NCBI RefSeq assembly: GCF_964355755.1
Contig: NC_092670.1
Location: forward strand, 15,362,795 to 15,426,794
Direction of reading: 5' to 3'
From: Antedon mediterranea
Taxonomy: Eukaryota > Animalia > Echinodermata
Length of the DNA stretch: 64,000 nt
A program made the translations under genes and the position numbers. Below, piece by piece: positions 1 through 12,270 of this stretch. The notes under the pieces were generated by a model. That model saw only the letters and a program-made list of their open reading frames with translations. It ran no database searches and was not told the origin of the DNA. How positions within the stretch are numbered: position 1 is the stretch's first letter; each line of letters starts with the position of its first letter.

Positions 1-565
1 AGGTTCTTTCTTTGTGAATGAATACAGTATTGTATTTACGTGAATCAGGTTCGTCGTTTTGTTCATGGTGCTATTGAGTTCTTATGTACTTGTGACCTTT
101 ATTCTTTGGAAACACAACTAGATTCTGTCTCAGTAAACTTCTCAGGGAAGATTAATTTCACTCTTCGCTGATTCTACCATGTTTTTGTGAAAATTAAAGT
201 GTTAGTTTACAAAATCCTTTCTATTTCTACTATATATCGCATGATGCTTTGAGTGCATTCTAGTGAAATCTAAATCGATTTATACAGCGCCTAATATCGT
301 GAGACCTCCGTCTAAGCGCCGTATAAACCGGGGTAGGTGGGGGTTAAACAAATAAATTAAGAGAAAAAACATCCATGCAACAAAAAAATCTAAACTGAAG
401 TACTGTATGATCGTCGACTAGTTATGTCTCGGTCATCTTGGACTAGGGATTAAAGTTCCAACACCAGATGACCACTAACAAGTTTGGTTGCAAAATGTAT
501 GTGTGATTTACTCAGCCGAAGCATCATCATTGTTAGAGACATCTCCCCACAGATTGTGCAACCGT

Positions 566-2876
566 TTATTTCTTCTCTACGGTCATAGCATACGGTTTAG
601 GCATCCTAATGATACCGACGGTAACATCGTTAAGAGAAGGAGGAGATTGAGATTCAGGCACTTTGAAGGTAAACCTCTGAAGAAGGTTAATTGTCAATAA
701 GTAGATTTCCATCTTTGCTAGAAGTTGACCAATACATATCCGATCACCTTAAAATGAATGAAATAAAAGCAAGTTGTTTCATTTATTAAAACCTGGTTGT
801 GGTTAGTGGTACACGGTATCTGTTACCTGAAACTTTCGGTTACTTTAGGCCTATATAACAATGTCGGTTTTTAGAATTGTAAAACGATAATCCAATAGTT
901 AAGGTTGGTTCTCACTTAACGTAGTTAGTTGACCAATCACCAGCGACAGTTCGGATGGCCCATCACGCAGTAATTGCGTTCGTAGTAATCTATTATATCT
1001 ATACAAATAGATAAATAACTTATACAAACCTATTCCAAAAGGAATAAATGCTTCATTCTGTTTGATCGTCTTTCCATCTTCCTCTAGATGCCGCATTGGA
1101 TTAAATTCTTCGGGATTTTCCCAGAACTTTGGATCACGGTGCACAGCCCAGGAATTTAAAATAAATCGAGTATTTGCAGGAATTGTATATCCCTTTATCT
1201 TTACCTCTGATGTTGTACATCTAGGCACGTTACTATGAGCTACCGTTGCATGGCGCTGGACTTCCATAATCATTGCGTTGACATACGGTAGTTTATCTCG
1301 ATCAGACCAGCTAGGAGTTTGATCTCTGCCCAAGATTTCTTCGATCTCGTTTTGTGCCTAAAAAGATTAGATGAAATATTCTTTTTATCTTTCGTGGTTA
1401 ACCACTACCTTTATTCATTCAGTTTTTTTTTTTCAATTCAATTTTTTATACATCTTTCTTCGTAATATTCTGTTTTTGGATCTCTTTAATATTACTTTAG
1501 ATTAGATGGAATATCTAAAAAATATCTAGAAAAAATCGTAACGAATAAGATAAATAAAGCAATACGCCTATCATTGGATTATACCTTTTGATAAACTTCA
1601 GGATAATTTAACAGATACAGTAACATCCACATCGTAGTTGTTGTAGCAGTCTCTGTACCAGCCTGGAATAAATCCTGCACACCTCTCCAAATGACGCCTG
1701 AATCGAAGACTACCTCCTTCCTGTCTAACTTCTGCCGAATGATTTCGGCAATGTAATGGTCAATCATGTCTCGAATATCTTCCGGATTAAATGTTGATTT
1801 ATGTTTATCCACTATCTCAACAATGAAATTTCTGACAGTCGCTATTAACTTCCGTTCTTTTGATCTATACCGTGTATTCCACAGAAATGGGAAACAGTTG
1901 GATAGAGAAACTTGACCGATAGTCCCAAACACCTTGCTCAGTGATTCAAGCAAAACTTTAAATTCCGCATCTGAATACTCGTACCTCTGGCCAAAACTAA
2001 TAGAACAGATGATATTAGACACAGCATTGTTGATAAAATGGCAGGGGTCAAAAGTTGATGACGTATTTGCTTTCTTTTCGATTTCGTTACACATGTATCG
2101 TGCTTCTTCGTTTATCCGATTTTCTAGACTACGTTTTCCGACACCGAAGTTCCGGAAAGCTGTAAGCGCCCATCGCCGACGTTCTTTCCATACAGGTCCA
2201 TTTTCAAACACCAAACTTCCTATAAAAATGAAAATAAATTATGGAACTAAAATGATGATGCTTATATAAAATGAACAAAGGCTAATATATAAAAAGTAAT
2301 ACTCTTGGTTCTCACTGCTATGACGTAACGTAAAAACGTTGTATTATTTCTATTGTTTGGCTTATTTCTTATTCATAACTACAAATGCTTTATTTGGTCG
2401 ATTGTTTTGATCCGGGTAGACTTCTTTAGGAAACTTTTGATGACCAATCGAGAGTTCCAATTATCCGTCGCAATTCTGGTTATCAACATCATGGGTATGA
2501 AAAAAGGTATGTTCTACGTAGGCCTACCTGAAATCGAAAACCCATTTTTTAGATCAGGGAGAGCAGGTCGATCCGAGCAGACGTTTGCATTCTTTATGAA
2601 CGCTTCTTTCGCAACCTCAAAATCATTAAGTACTACAACATTCAATCCTGCGATTCGTATAGTAAAGATACTGCCATAATCTTTAGCCCACGATGCAAAT
2701 GTACGGTATGCTTCTTTGCCCAATCGAGGTGCTATACCAATTATGGGGAATCCCCATGGTCCTCCTGGTGGCAAGTTTTTAGGTGAGTTTATATATCGTA
2801 CTGTCACTAAAACCACGCAGAAGACGATTAGAAGACTCGATAAATTACAGTCAAAAACAGCTTCCAAGAACGACAT
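566..2876 (-). CDS. Cytochrome P450, CYP2 clan, copy 1 (4 exons: 2876-2528, 2219-1585, 1357-1030, 747-566; ~497 aa)
   Basis: Exons splice in frame at GT-AG sites. Motifs: N-terminal TM anchor plus LPPGGPWGFP, C-helix WKERR, I-helix AGTETATTT, K-helix EVQR, PMRH (PERF-like), heme motif PFGIGDRICIG spanning exons 3/4. Confidence 0.93.
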
Positions 2877-3531
2877 TTTGTTAAATGAACAGCACTGTGC
2901 TGCAATAACCAAGGCCTTGGCTGCTTATGGGCAGTCAACTGTAACATAGGAATAGAGTAATTGTATTTGTATAAAAGCTTTCTGGGGGCTTTATTAATAT
3001 CGTCAACAACGTTACGGTGGTCACGACGTCACGTGATATTCTGTTATTTGGATCATAATATCAAATATATTGCATTAAAACCTTAAGCTTTGTTGTATTT
3101 GGAAGTACCAAGCGCCCCATGAATATTTTGGCAGTTGTTTTCTATTGTGAAATTTAATTATATTATTAAAAGTGAATTATTATGTATACAATAATAAACA
3201 CGCCACACAAACGTAATATTCTTATTTTTTGCCTTCTTGTAAAATAAAGGATGGCCGTTAGCCAAAGTAATAATTTAAGAGAGATTTATTTTCTTGCAAA
3301 ATTGTCTTTTCTGTTTAATTCCCCCATTCGAATAGCCTAATAATAATTATAAGTAAGAAAGGTATTTTCATTTTAAAAGGGGTTCTTTTCCACAAAAGGA
3401 GCAAAAATCATCATGATCAACACTATAACCCCTCTAAGGGTACACCCCTATTAAAGGGACACTTTGTTTGGTCCTGAATGTATTCCCTTTATACGCCATT
3501 GCTCATATTTATATCTGTGTATTATTTTATC

Positions 3532-4962
3532 AAGCGACATCATCAAGCAAGGAGGGGAGGAGATAATCCAACAGCTAATAAAACTTTTCAACCAAATCTT
3601 AGTGATACAGAAGATACCAAGAGCATGGAAAGAAGCCAAGATCATTCTTTTGTTCAAGAAAGGGGACAAAGCAGATGTTAAAAACTACCGTCCCATTAGC
3701 CTCTTGTCTCATCTGTACAAAATCTTCACTAAAATAATCCATAACAGAATAAGAGATGTTTTAGACAACAACCAACCTAGAGAACAAGCAGGTTTCAGAG
3801 CAGGGTACTCGACAATAGATCATCTACAAGCAATAAACCAGCTAATTGAAAAGGCAAGTGAATACCAACTCAAACTCTGTCTTGGCTTTGTGGATTACCA
3901 AAAGGCATTCGATTCTATTGATCATTTGGATATGTTTGAGGCGCTCCGAAAAATAAATGTTGATGAAGATTACGTCAGAATCATAGAAGATATCTACACT
4001 GATGCAATAGCCAGAATCCATATTGATAATGATATATCAAGAGAGGTTCATATACAGAGGGGGGTACGACAAGGTGATACTCTGTCCCCAAAGATATTCA
4101 CAGCAACCATCGAAGAAGTATTCAAAAAGGCTCAGCTTAATGGAGGTATAACTATTGATGGAGAAATGCTTACAGACCTCCGTTTTGCGGATGACGTGGC
4201 ATTGATTTCAACATCAGTTGCAGATATGAAAAACCAACTCTCAAGTCTGAATAAGGAGAGTAAATCAATCGGACTAACTATGCACAAAGACAAAACAAAA
4301 TACATGACTAACTTTGACACACAGGAAGACATTGAAATAGAGGGCCGGAAACTAGAAAAAGTGGAAGAATATAAATATCTAGGACAAACACTGAAAATGG
4401 AAGACACCACGAAGGAAGAAGTTATGTTAAGAATAAAAGCAGGATGGATGAATTTTGGCAGACACAAACACATGTTGACTGACAAGAGTATACCAATGTC
4501 ACTGAGAAAGAAATTATTTAACCAATGTGTGCTATCAAGTATGACATATGGTTCAGAGACATGGGCAATAACAAAGGAACTTGAACAGAAACTTACAACT
4601 ACTCAAAGAGCAATGGAAAGGAAGATGATGAACTTATCGCTTCGAGACAGGGTAAATCATACAATCATAAGAAAAAAGACAGGTGTTACAGATATAATGG
4701 AGAAAGTAAGACAATCAAAATGGAGATGGGCTGGGCATGTGGCGAGATTTCAAGATAATAGATGGACATACAGATTAACAGAATGGCAACCAAGGGTAGG
4801 AAAGAGGAAAAGAGGAAGACAAAAAAAGAAGGTGGAGAGATGATCTAACAACATACATTGGAACGGCTGCATGGACTAGGACAGCAAGAATTAGACAGAA
4901 ATGGAAATGTTATGAGGAGGGCTTCATTCAACAATGGATGAACTAATTGCCTAGATAGATAG
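3532..4962 (+). mobile_element. 5'-truncated RTE-clade LINE (RT domain and C-terminus)
   Basis: ORF has NYRPISLL, QAGFR, FVDYQKAFDS, GVRQGDTLSP, LRFADD, YKYLG and WAGHVAR motifs. (TAGA)n tail at 4952-4962. Perfect 11-bp TSD ATTATTTTATC at 3521-3531 and 4963-4973. A +1 frameshift in the A-run near 4821-4827 hides the terminal RQKRRWRDDL...QQWMN* (stop 4944-4946). Confidence 0.93.
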
Positions 4963-5217
4963 ATTATTTTATCTCTGCTTTATACATTATAATTTATTTT
5001 TGAACAATTTATTGAGTTTAGCCTGTTCTTGTAGAATAATATACAAATAATGATGCAATTGTACCAATGCTTGTAATGGTACAAATAATTCCATGAGGTG
5101 AAAGCAAAGACAAAAGGTTCTAAACCATTCGAGAAAGCAGTGCTCCAATTTTGATTGGAGGCAGAGTAGAACAATTGTAGACAGTGTGACAGTACAGGTT
5201 AATAATTTATAAACACT

Positions 5218-5345
5218 ACTCTGTCTACACTATCAAACTAGTTTGACGACAAAAAAAAGTGTGATGTACCCAAATAAGGTAGTGATATGCCCAAATATGG
5301 TAGTGATATGACATCATCATGTCCATATATGGACACATCATATTC
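5218..5345. mobile_element. Partial MITE (family with TIR CTCTGTCTACACTATCAAAC)
   Basis: Same terminus and internal sequence as the complete copies at 15989-16116 and 38543-39004. Confidence 0.65.
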
Positions 5346-5604
5346 ATTTTTTCAATAATTTGCCTTTGGATTTATATATTTACATTATTTTCACCAAAAC
5401 GTCAAAGATTGTAGGGAATGGGTCTTTAAAGATGGAGCCCATCCATCATAAAAAGTTCCATACAACGTTGTTATGCTCTCTCTATCTTTAGTCATCATTT
5501 TTTTAGGATATGTCTGGCTACATGATTTTTTTGTTATTATGATTTAAATATAAACATATTTTTAATAGGGTTTATCTTTCTAACAAGCTGTTTTTTCGTC
5601 TTAG

Positions 5605-7047
5605 GTTCATCGTTTAATTATTGTTGATAATGAAGACCATTTGGTTGGTGTTGTATCGCTGTCTGATCTACTCAATCATTTGGTGCTGAAACCTGCAGGT
5701 AACAACAATATTTACTATTTTAGACTCAAAATAACCAAAACACATCCAATAAAATGGGAAGGATTTGAATACAGTAAAACATCTATTAAGGGGATACCTT
5801 TGAGACCCAAAAATTAATAGGGATTTTCACAGAAAAAAAAAACTAAAAACAAATATACCAAAATGAACAATAATTGATCTGGATTCAAGAAATTGAGAAG
5901 AATTGAAACTTTAGCAGCCAACATTTCACCAATGAAAACTGCAAGCCAGAGAAAGTATCATAGTTATTATCATATTTATTATGATATCCATTTTTGTATT
6001 AATAACGATATTATCTTGTGCCTGTGATATAAATGAATTTAATTATTTGGTCTTTTTTATTGAACAAAAACATTGTACCTTTAATATAGTAGTTGAATCA
6101 ACCAATCCTGTCCCCCTAGTGGGGGTGTCCCCAGAGTAGGGTTTTCCCATAGTTTTAAAACATCATTATTACCTCCGCCAAGGAGGTTATGTTTTCACCC
6201 CTGTATGTTTGTGGGTGTGTTTGTGTGTGTGTTTGTGTGTGTGTGTTTGTGTGTGTGTGTCTGTGAACAGCCTGGAGGCCACAGTTTTTATCCGATTCTC
6301 ACCAAATTTGGACACAATGATCTATGCCCAAAAAGCTCGGACGAGTTCGAATTTGAGGGGGAAAGGTCATAGGTCAAGGTCACAACTAAGAAAAAACTAT
6401 ATTACTGCCTAGAGACCACAGTTTTGATCCGATTCTCACCAAACTTAGCCACAATGATCAATGACTCATCATATAATTTTGGTTAAATTTTAAAGGGTCA
6501 GGGTTAAAAATCAAGGTCCACAACAAAAAAAACAATTAATAAAAAAAAAAAAAAAAAACTCTCTGCGGGACTTGAACCAGGGACCTTAACTGTGAGAGGC
6601 TGGATACATAACCATTACACCAAACTCTCATCCACAGCTTTGTAGTGTGCAGTTAGCCTATTTACACTTTAGAACTAATAAAAAAAATGTAAAAAAAAAA
6701 CATTTTGGGGGGGGGGGGAATTTTATGTAGGGGAATTTTACAGTAGGCGGAGGTTTGTACTCTCGGAGTACCCTCTAGTTTCCTCTTGTTTAATGTTTCA
6801 TGGGAAAGTGTCCATTTAATAGGCGTGTTCCAACGGAGGGGTTCTACTGTAGGCTAATTAATTTTGACAATAAAAGTAATTTCATTATTAAATCGAAAAT
6901 TAAATTGAATTTCCATTAGTCTATAAAAAGGATTGATTTATTTTGATTTGTTATATTTGTTTAGGTGTACCATCGAGGAACCCAAGTGGAAGTTCATCTG
7001 TCACTGGTCCAGATAGCAGTCCAACTCTAAACATGTCGCCAACCTAG
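5605..7047 (+). CDS. PRKAG: Last two coding exons of an AMP-activated protein kinase gamma subunit (CBS4 end): 5605-5698 and 6965-7047
   Basis: Exon 5605-5698 (AG/GT flanked) reads VHRLIIVDNEDHLVGVVSLSDLLNHLVLKPA, matching AMPK-gamma CBS4 (VHRLVVVD...GIVSLSDIL..LVL). It splices in phase 1 to GVPSRNPSGSSSVTGPDSSPTLNMSPT*. No earlier exons were recognised in the window. Confidence 0.82.
5772..6849. mobile_element. pogo/Tc1-mariner-like MITE (CAGTA...TACTG ends, TA TSD) hosting a nested element
   Basis: TA|CAGTAAAAC at 5770 and GGGGTTCTACTG|TA at 6838-6851. Related fragments at ~3430-3490, 16582-16634, 19558-19626, 37833-37865 and 48843-48915. Confidence 0.6.
6166..6780 (+). mobile_element. Helentron-associated (HINE/DINE-like) non-autonomous element
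   Basis: Subterminal inverted repeat ACCTCCGCC (6171) / GGCGGAGGT (6746), GT-rich microsatellite, internal direct repeat (CCACAGTTTT..ATCCGATTCTCACCAAA twice), 3' hairpin GTACTC-TCG-GAGTAC, and CTAGTT end. Confidence 0.7.
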
Positions 7048-7700
7048 TTACCATAGTATACTTTATTTATAATTACCGTATTTGTATAGAGCACAGTTGT
7101 TATCTGACAGAAATTAGCAATTGTATGACATTTTTTACGTCTTGGTAGCTTTTATTAAAATAACGTCAGTACAGAGCAAACTATTTAATTACAATCAGAA
7201 ATTGTTAAAACATGTTTTAATAAGGAAATAGAATCAAGATTTAATCCATAAAAAGTTAAATAGAAAAGTAAATATGGCTAGATCTTTGAATATATATACA
7301 GAAAATTAAGTTACACCATTTACCATCCATTACATATGACTAAAAAAAGTTTAACAACAAAGTATAACACATTGTCTACTGATAACATACATTATGTACA
7401 AAAATTAGATGAAAATGTCAAAGGTCATCTGCATCTTACGTTATTTTAAATGTAAATAAAAAGAGGAGTTTATTTAATCTAACATCATTCTAGATTAAAG
7501 TTTCTATCAATTTAAGAAAAAGGCGATATATTGCAAAATATGATTGTTGTAAATACTCCCATCACTTTAAAAAGAAAAAACATTTTGTTTTTCAATTAGA
7601 GGTTTTGTTGTTTTTTAAATAAGATTTTCTGTTTATTTTTCACTCGATCTTATTACAAACATATTTGCAGTTATTAAATTGTAAATGTATTAAACAAACA

Positions 7701-7931
7701 TACTCTTTACTGCAGTACGGCTACTGTTGCTACTCTTTACTGCAGTACAGCTACTGTTGCTACTCTTTACTGCAGTACAGGTACTGCTGCTACTTTTTTA
7801 CTGCAGTACAGGTACTGTTGCTACTCAATTTACTGCAGTACAGTTACCGCTGTTACTCTTTACTGAAGTACAGTTATCGCTGCTACATTTTACTGCAGTA
7901 CAGATACTGTTGCTACTCTTTACTGCAGTAC
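7701..7931. repeat. Minisatellite, ~30-bp unit TACTCTTTACTGCAGTACAGCTACTGTTGC, ~7-8 copies
   Basis: Directly visible tandem units, each containing the palindrome TACTGCAGTA. Accounts for the spurious ORFs at 7665 and 7727. Confidence 0.9.
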
Positions 7932-8885
7932 ATCCTTTGAGTGACATGTAGGTTTAACTTAGGTGATTGTTTTATAGCCTTGGTTTGCATTTTATTGTTA
8001 AGATACTGCAGTAATAGCATTAACCTACTGCATTAATCTTCATATCATATTTAAAATTATGTTCCATGGTTCATTTTTTTTATCAACTCCATTTTCGACC
8101 AACCTTAATAATGATTTGTACTTCACAAACAATCTTATAACTGTTTTATTATAATTGCAAAAAATCAATTTCTTCCAGGAAAAGGTAATTTTATTTACGA
8201 TTGGAATACCAAACATAAACTGTTGATTTAATTGCACTAGTAAACATTTACATACAACTCGTTATTGTAAAAAATACAAGGAAATTTATTTTTTAAATTT
8301 TAAATTCTGCACAGAATTTCAATCTTCCCAGATTTAAGAAAGTGTGTGTTTTGTAAATAATATAGAGCTGGATTTTAATGTGTATAGAAGTAATGTACGT
8401 CATTTTGTTCGTAAAATACACTAAACCCAGAAGTAACATAATTACCATGTTTGTTTTATTTATTAGGACTGTTTGTTGTTTGTACCGAAATTTGATTAAC
8501 TTTTTGAGTGTTCACACATTAATAAGTGACGACTTTGACATAAACGCGTTAAGTAGCATGTTGACGTGTTAAGTAGAATGTTGACGAACGCGTTAAGTAA
8601 CATATAAAAAAATTATAAATATGCTTATGAGCATTTTCATAAAACGCGCTCAGGATGGATAGAGCTTTCATGTATGACAAGCTTCGAGGTTTTCCGATTA
8701 CAGTCACCTTTCATAAATTGACCTTTAGGGTTCACACTTTGTCTTTTGTACAAGTGGAAATCTTTGCAGCAATTTAATCATTGCAAACGGCTTAGTCGCT
8801 TGATATAGGTCACCAGTAGACCACTGAAAAGGGAGAGAATAAAACGACTTAACAAAAGCTACTATAATTTGCATGAGAAGTTAAT

Positions 8886-11800
8886 GTTCTTTCTTTGTGA
8901 GTGAATACAGTATTGTATTTACTGTGAATCAGGTTCGTCGTTTTGTTCATGGTGCTATTGAGTTCTTATATACTTGTGACCTTTATTCTTTGGAAACTAG
9001 ATTCTGTCTCGGTAAACTTCCCAGGGAAGATTAATTTCACTCTTCGCTGATTCTACCATGTTTTTATGAAAATTCAAGTGTTAGTTTACAAAATCCTTTC
9101 TATTTCCACTATATATCGCATGATGCTTTGAGTGCATTCTAGTGAAATCTAAATCTATAGTATTCTGGTTATACAGCGCCTAATATCGCGAGACCTCCGT
9201 CTAAGCGCCATAGAAACCGGGGAGGGGAGGGGTAACACAAATTACCAAGAAAAAAACCATCTATGCAACTAAAAATCTAACTGAAGTACTGTATGGTGAT
9301 ACGTCGTCCAGTTATGTCTCGGTCATCTTGGACTAGGCATTAAAGTTCCAACACCAGATGACCTAACAAGTTTGGTTGCAAAATGTATGTGTGATTTTCT
9401 CAGCCGAAGCATCATCATTGTTAGAGACATCTCCCCACAGTTTGTGCAAATGTTTATTTCTTCTCTACGGTCATAGCATACGGTTTAGGCATCCTAATGA
9501 TGCCGACGGTAACATCGTTAAGAGAAGGAGGAGATTGAGATTCAGGCACTTTGAAGGCAAACCTCTGAAGAAGGTGGATTGTCAATAAGTAAATTTCCAT
9601 CTTTCCTTGAAGTTGACCAATACAAATCCGATCACCTTAAAAGTAAGTTATATAACGATATTTAATGAAACCCGTCTGAATAGGTTGTAGTAGATATTCG
9701 TTATCTGAAACTTTCGGTTACTTGATATAAGGATGTCGTATAGGTTCTTCGAATTGTAGAACGATAAACTTACTAATACGTAACGACGTAGGCGTAACGT
9801 AAATGAGTTGACCAATCACCAGCGACAGTTCGGATGTCCCATCGCGTGGTGATTGGTCGAATGACTTAGGTTCCGCTTACTTCATTACGTTACATCCTGA
9901 TGGAAAACCAAGCTTTAATAACCTATTACTACTAAACTATTAGGCTACAAACCTATTCCAAAAGGAATGAATGCTTCATTCTGTTTGATCGTCTTTCCAT
10001 CTTCCTCAAGATGCCGCATTGGATTAAATTCTTCGGGATTTTCCCAGAACTTTGGATCACGGTGCACAGCCCAGGAATTTAAAATAAATCGAGTATTTGC
10101 AGGAATTGTATATCCCTTTATCTTGACCTCTGATGTTGTACATCTAGGCACGTTACTATGAGCTACCGTTGCATGGCGCTGGACTTCCATAATCATTGCG
10201 TTGACATACGGTAGTTTATCTCGATCAGACCAGCTAGGAGTTTGATCTCTGCCCAAGATTTCTTCGATCTCGTTTTGTGCCTAAAAAGATTAGATGGAAT
10301 ATAATAAGATGCATTACTTGAAAATTGTAACGAATAAGAAATAAGATAAATAGCAATACACCTATCATTGGATTATACCTTTTGATAAACCTCAGGGTAA
10401 TTTAACAGATATAGTAAAATCCACATCATAGTCGTTGTAGCAGTCTCTGTACCAGCCTGGAATAAATCCAGCACACCTCTCCAAATGACGCCTGAATCGA
10501 AGACTATCTCCTTCTTGTCTAACTTCTGTCGAATGATTTCGGCAATGTAATGGTCAATCATGTCTCGAATATCTTCCGGATCAAATGTTGATTTATGTGC
10601 ATCCACTATCTGAACAATGAAATTTCTAACAGTCGCTATTAGCTTCCGTTCCTTTGATCTATACCGTGTATTCCACAGAAAGGGGAAAAAGTTGGATAGA
10701 GAAACTTGACTGAGAGTCCCAAACACCTTGCTCAATGACTCAAGCAGAACTTTAAATTCCGCGTCTGAATACTCAAACCTTTGGCCAAAACTAATAGAAC
10801 AGATGATATTAGACAGAGCATTATTGATGAAATGGCAGGCGTCAAATGTTGATGACGTGTTTGCTTTCTTTTCGATTTCGTTACACATGTATCGTGCTTC
10901 CTCGTTTATCCGATTTTCTAGACTGCGTTTTCCGACACCGAAGTTCCGGAAAGCTCTAAGCGCCCATCGCCGACGTTCTTTCCATACAGGTCCATTTTCA
11001 AACACCAAACTTCCTATTAAAATGAAAATAAATTATGGAACTAAATGATGATGATTATATAAATGTTTTAAAAAGTATAATACTGTTGGTTTTCATTGTC
11101 ACTTTTACGTAATAACGTACTATTTTATTTATTTTTGTTATTCTTAACTACAAACAAATGCTTTATTTGGTCGATTGTTTTGATCCTGGTAGACTTCTTT
11201 AGGAAGACCAATCGAGAGTTCCAATGTCCGTCGCAATTATATTAAATTAACGTCATGGATATGAAAAAAGGTATGTTCTACGTAGGCCTACCTGAAATCG
11301 AATACCCATGTTTTAGATCAGGAAGAGCAGGTCGATCCGAGCAGACGTTTGTACTCTTTATGAACGCTTCTTTCGCAACCTCAAAATCATTAAGTACTAC
11401 AACATTCAATCCTGCGATTCGTATAGTAAAGATACTGCCATAATCTTTAGCCCACGATGCAAATGTACGGTATGCTTCTTTGCCCAATCGAGGTGCTACA
11501 CCAATTATGGGGAATCCCCATGGTCCTGGTGGCAGGTTTTTAGGTGAGTTTATATATCGCACTGTCACTAAAACCACGCAGAAGACGATGAGAAGACTCG
11601 ATAAATTACAGTCAAAAACAGCTTCCAAGAACGACATTTTGTTAAATGAACAGTACTGTGCTGCAATAACCAAGGCCTTGGCTGCTTATGGGCAGTGAAC
11701 TGTAACATAGGAATAGAGTAATTGTATTTGTATAAAAGCTTCCTGGGGGATTTATTAATATCCTCAACAATGTTATGGGTAGGTCACGACGTCACGTGAT

Positions 11801-12105
11801 ATTCTGTTATTTGGATCATAATATCAAATCTATTGCATTAACCTTAAGCTTTATAACGTTGTATTTGGAAGTACCAAGCGCCCCATGACAATTTTGCCAG
11901 TTGTTTTCTATTGTGAAATTTAATTAATATTTTATTAAAACTGAATTATTATGAATACAATAATAAGCAAAGGTAATATTAGTCTTATTTTTTGCCTTCT
12001 TATGTAAAGTAAAGGATGTACTTTAGCCAAAGTATTAATTTAAGAGAGATTTCTTTTCTTGCATTTCATTGCATAATTCCCCCATTCGAATAGCCTAATA
12101 ATAAT
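8886..12105. repeat. Tandem segmental duplicate of 3-3347 (CYP gene with promoter and 3' flank)
   Basis: Colinear high similarity, including non-coding DNA, from GTTCTTTCTTTGTGA (3 / 8886) to CCCCCATTCGAATAGCCTAATAATAAT (~3347 / ~12105). Confidence 0.9.
9454..11637 (-). CDS. Cytochrome P450, CYP2 clan, copy 2 (4 exons: 11637-11292, 11013-10379, 10280-9953, 9635-9454; ~496 aa)
   Basis: Same exon sizes as copy 1 except exon 1 is 3 nt shorter. Canonical LPPGPWGFP, AGTETATTT, EVQR and PFGIGDRICIG motifs. Confidence 0.93.
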
Positions 12106-12184
12106 GATTAAATACAATAAAAGAAAATCAATAACAGAGAAAATTTTAATAACAATATCTTTAACTCGTTAAATGTGCATATAA

Positions 12185-12270
12185 ATTAATTATAAATATT
12201 CCACAAAATACTAAAACGATGAGACTTTGGAAATTGGTAAAACAACCAAATACAGCTTCCAGAACGACAC
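12185..12270 (-). pseudogene. Relic of exon 1 of a third, older CYP paralogue
   Basis: ACAGCTTCC-AGAACGACAC matches the CYP start region ACAGCTTCCAAGAACGACAT, with ATG changed to GTG and a 1-nt deletion. The restored frame reads (M)SFLEAVFGCFTNFQSLIVLVFCGIFII versus MSFLEAVFDCNLSSLLIVFCVVLV. Confidence 0.55.

Noticed and set aside
488-2949. Plus-strand ORFs (488, 1934, 2353, 2716; likewise 9376, 9967, 10728, 11255, 11480)
   Set aside because: Antisense shadows of CYP exons; they recur only because the CYP locus is duplicated.
6559-6630. Functional tRNA-Glu gene
   Set aside because: Acceptor and anticodon stems do not pair; treated as a tRNA-derived fragment. The same applies to the A/B-box remnants near 23352-23415, 42390-42437 and 57268-57312.
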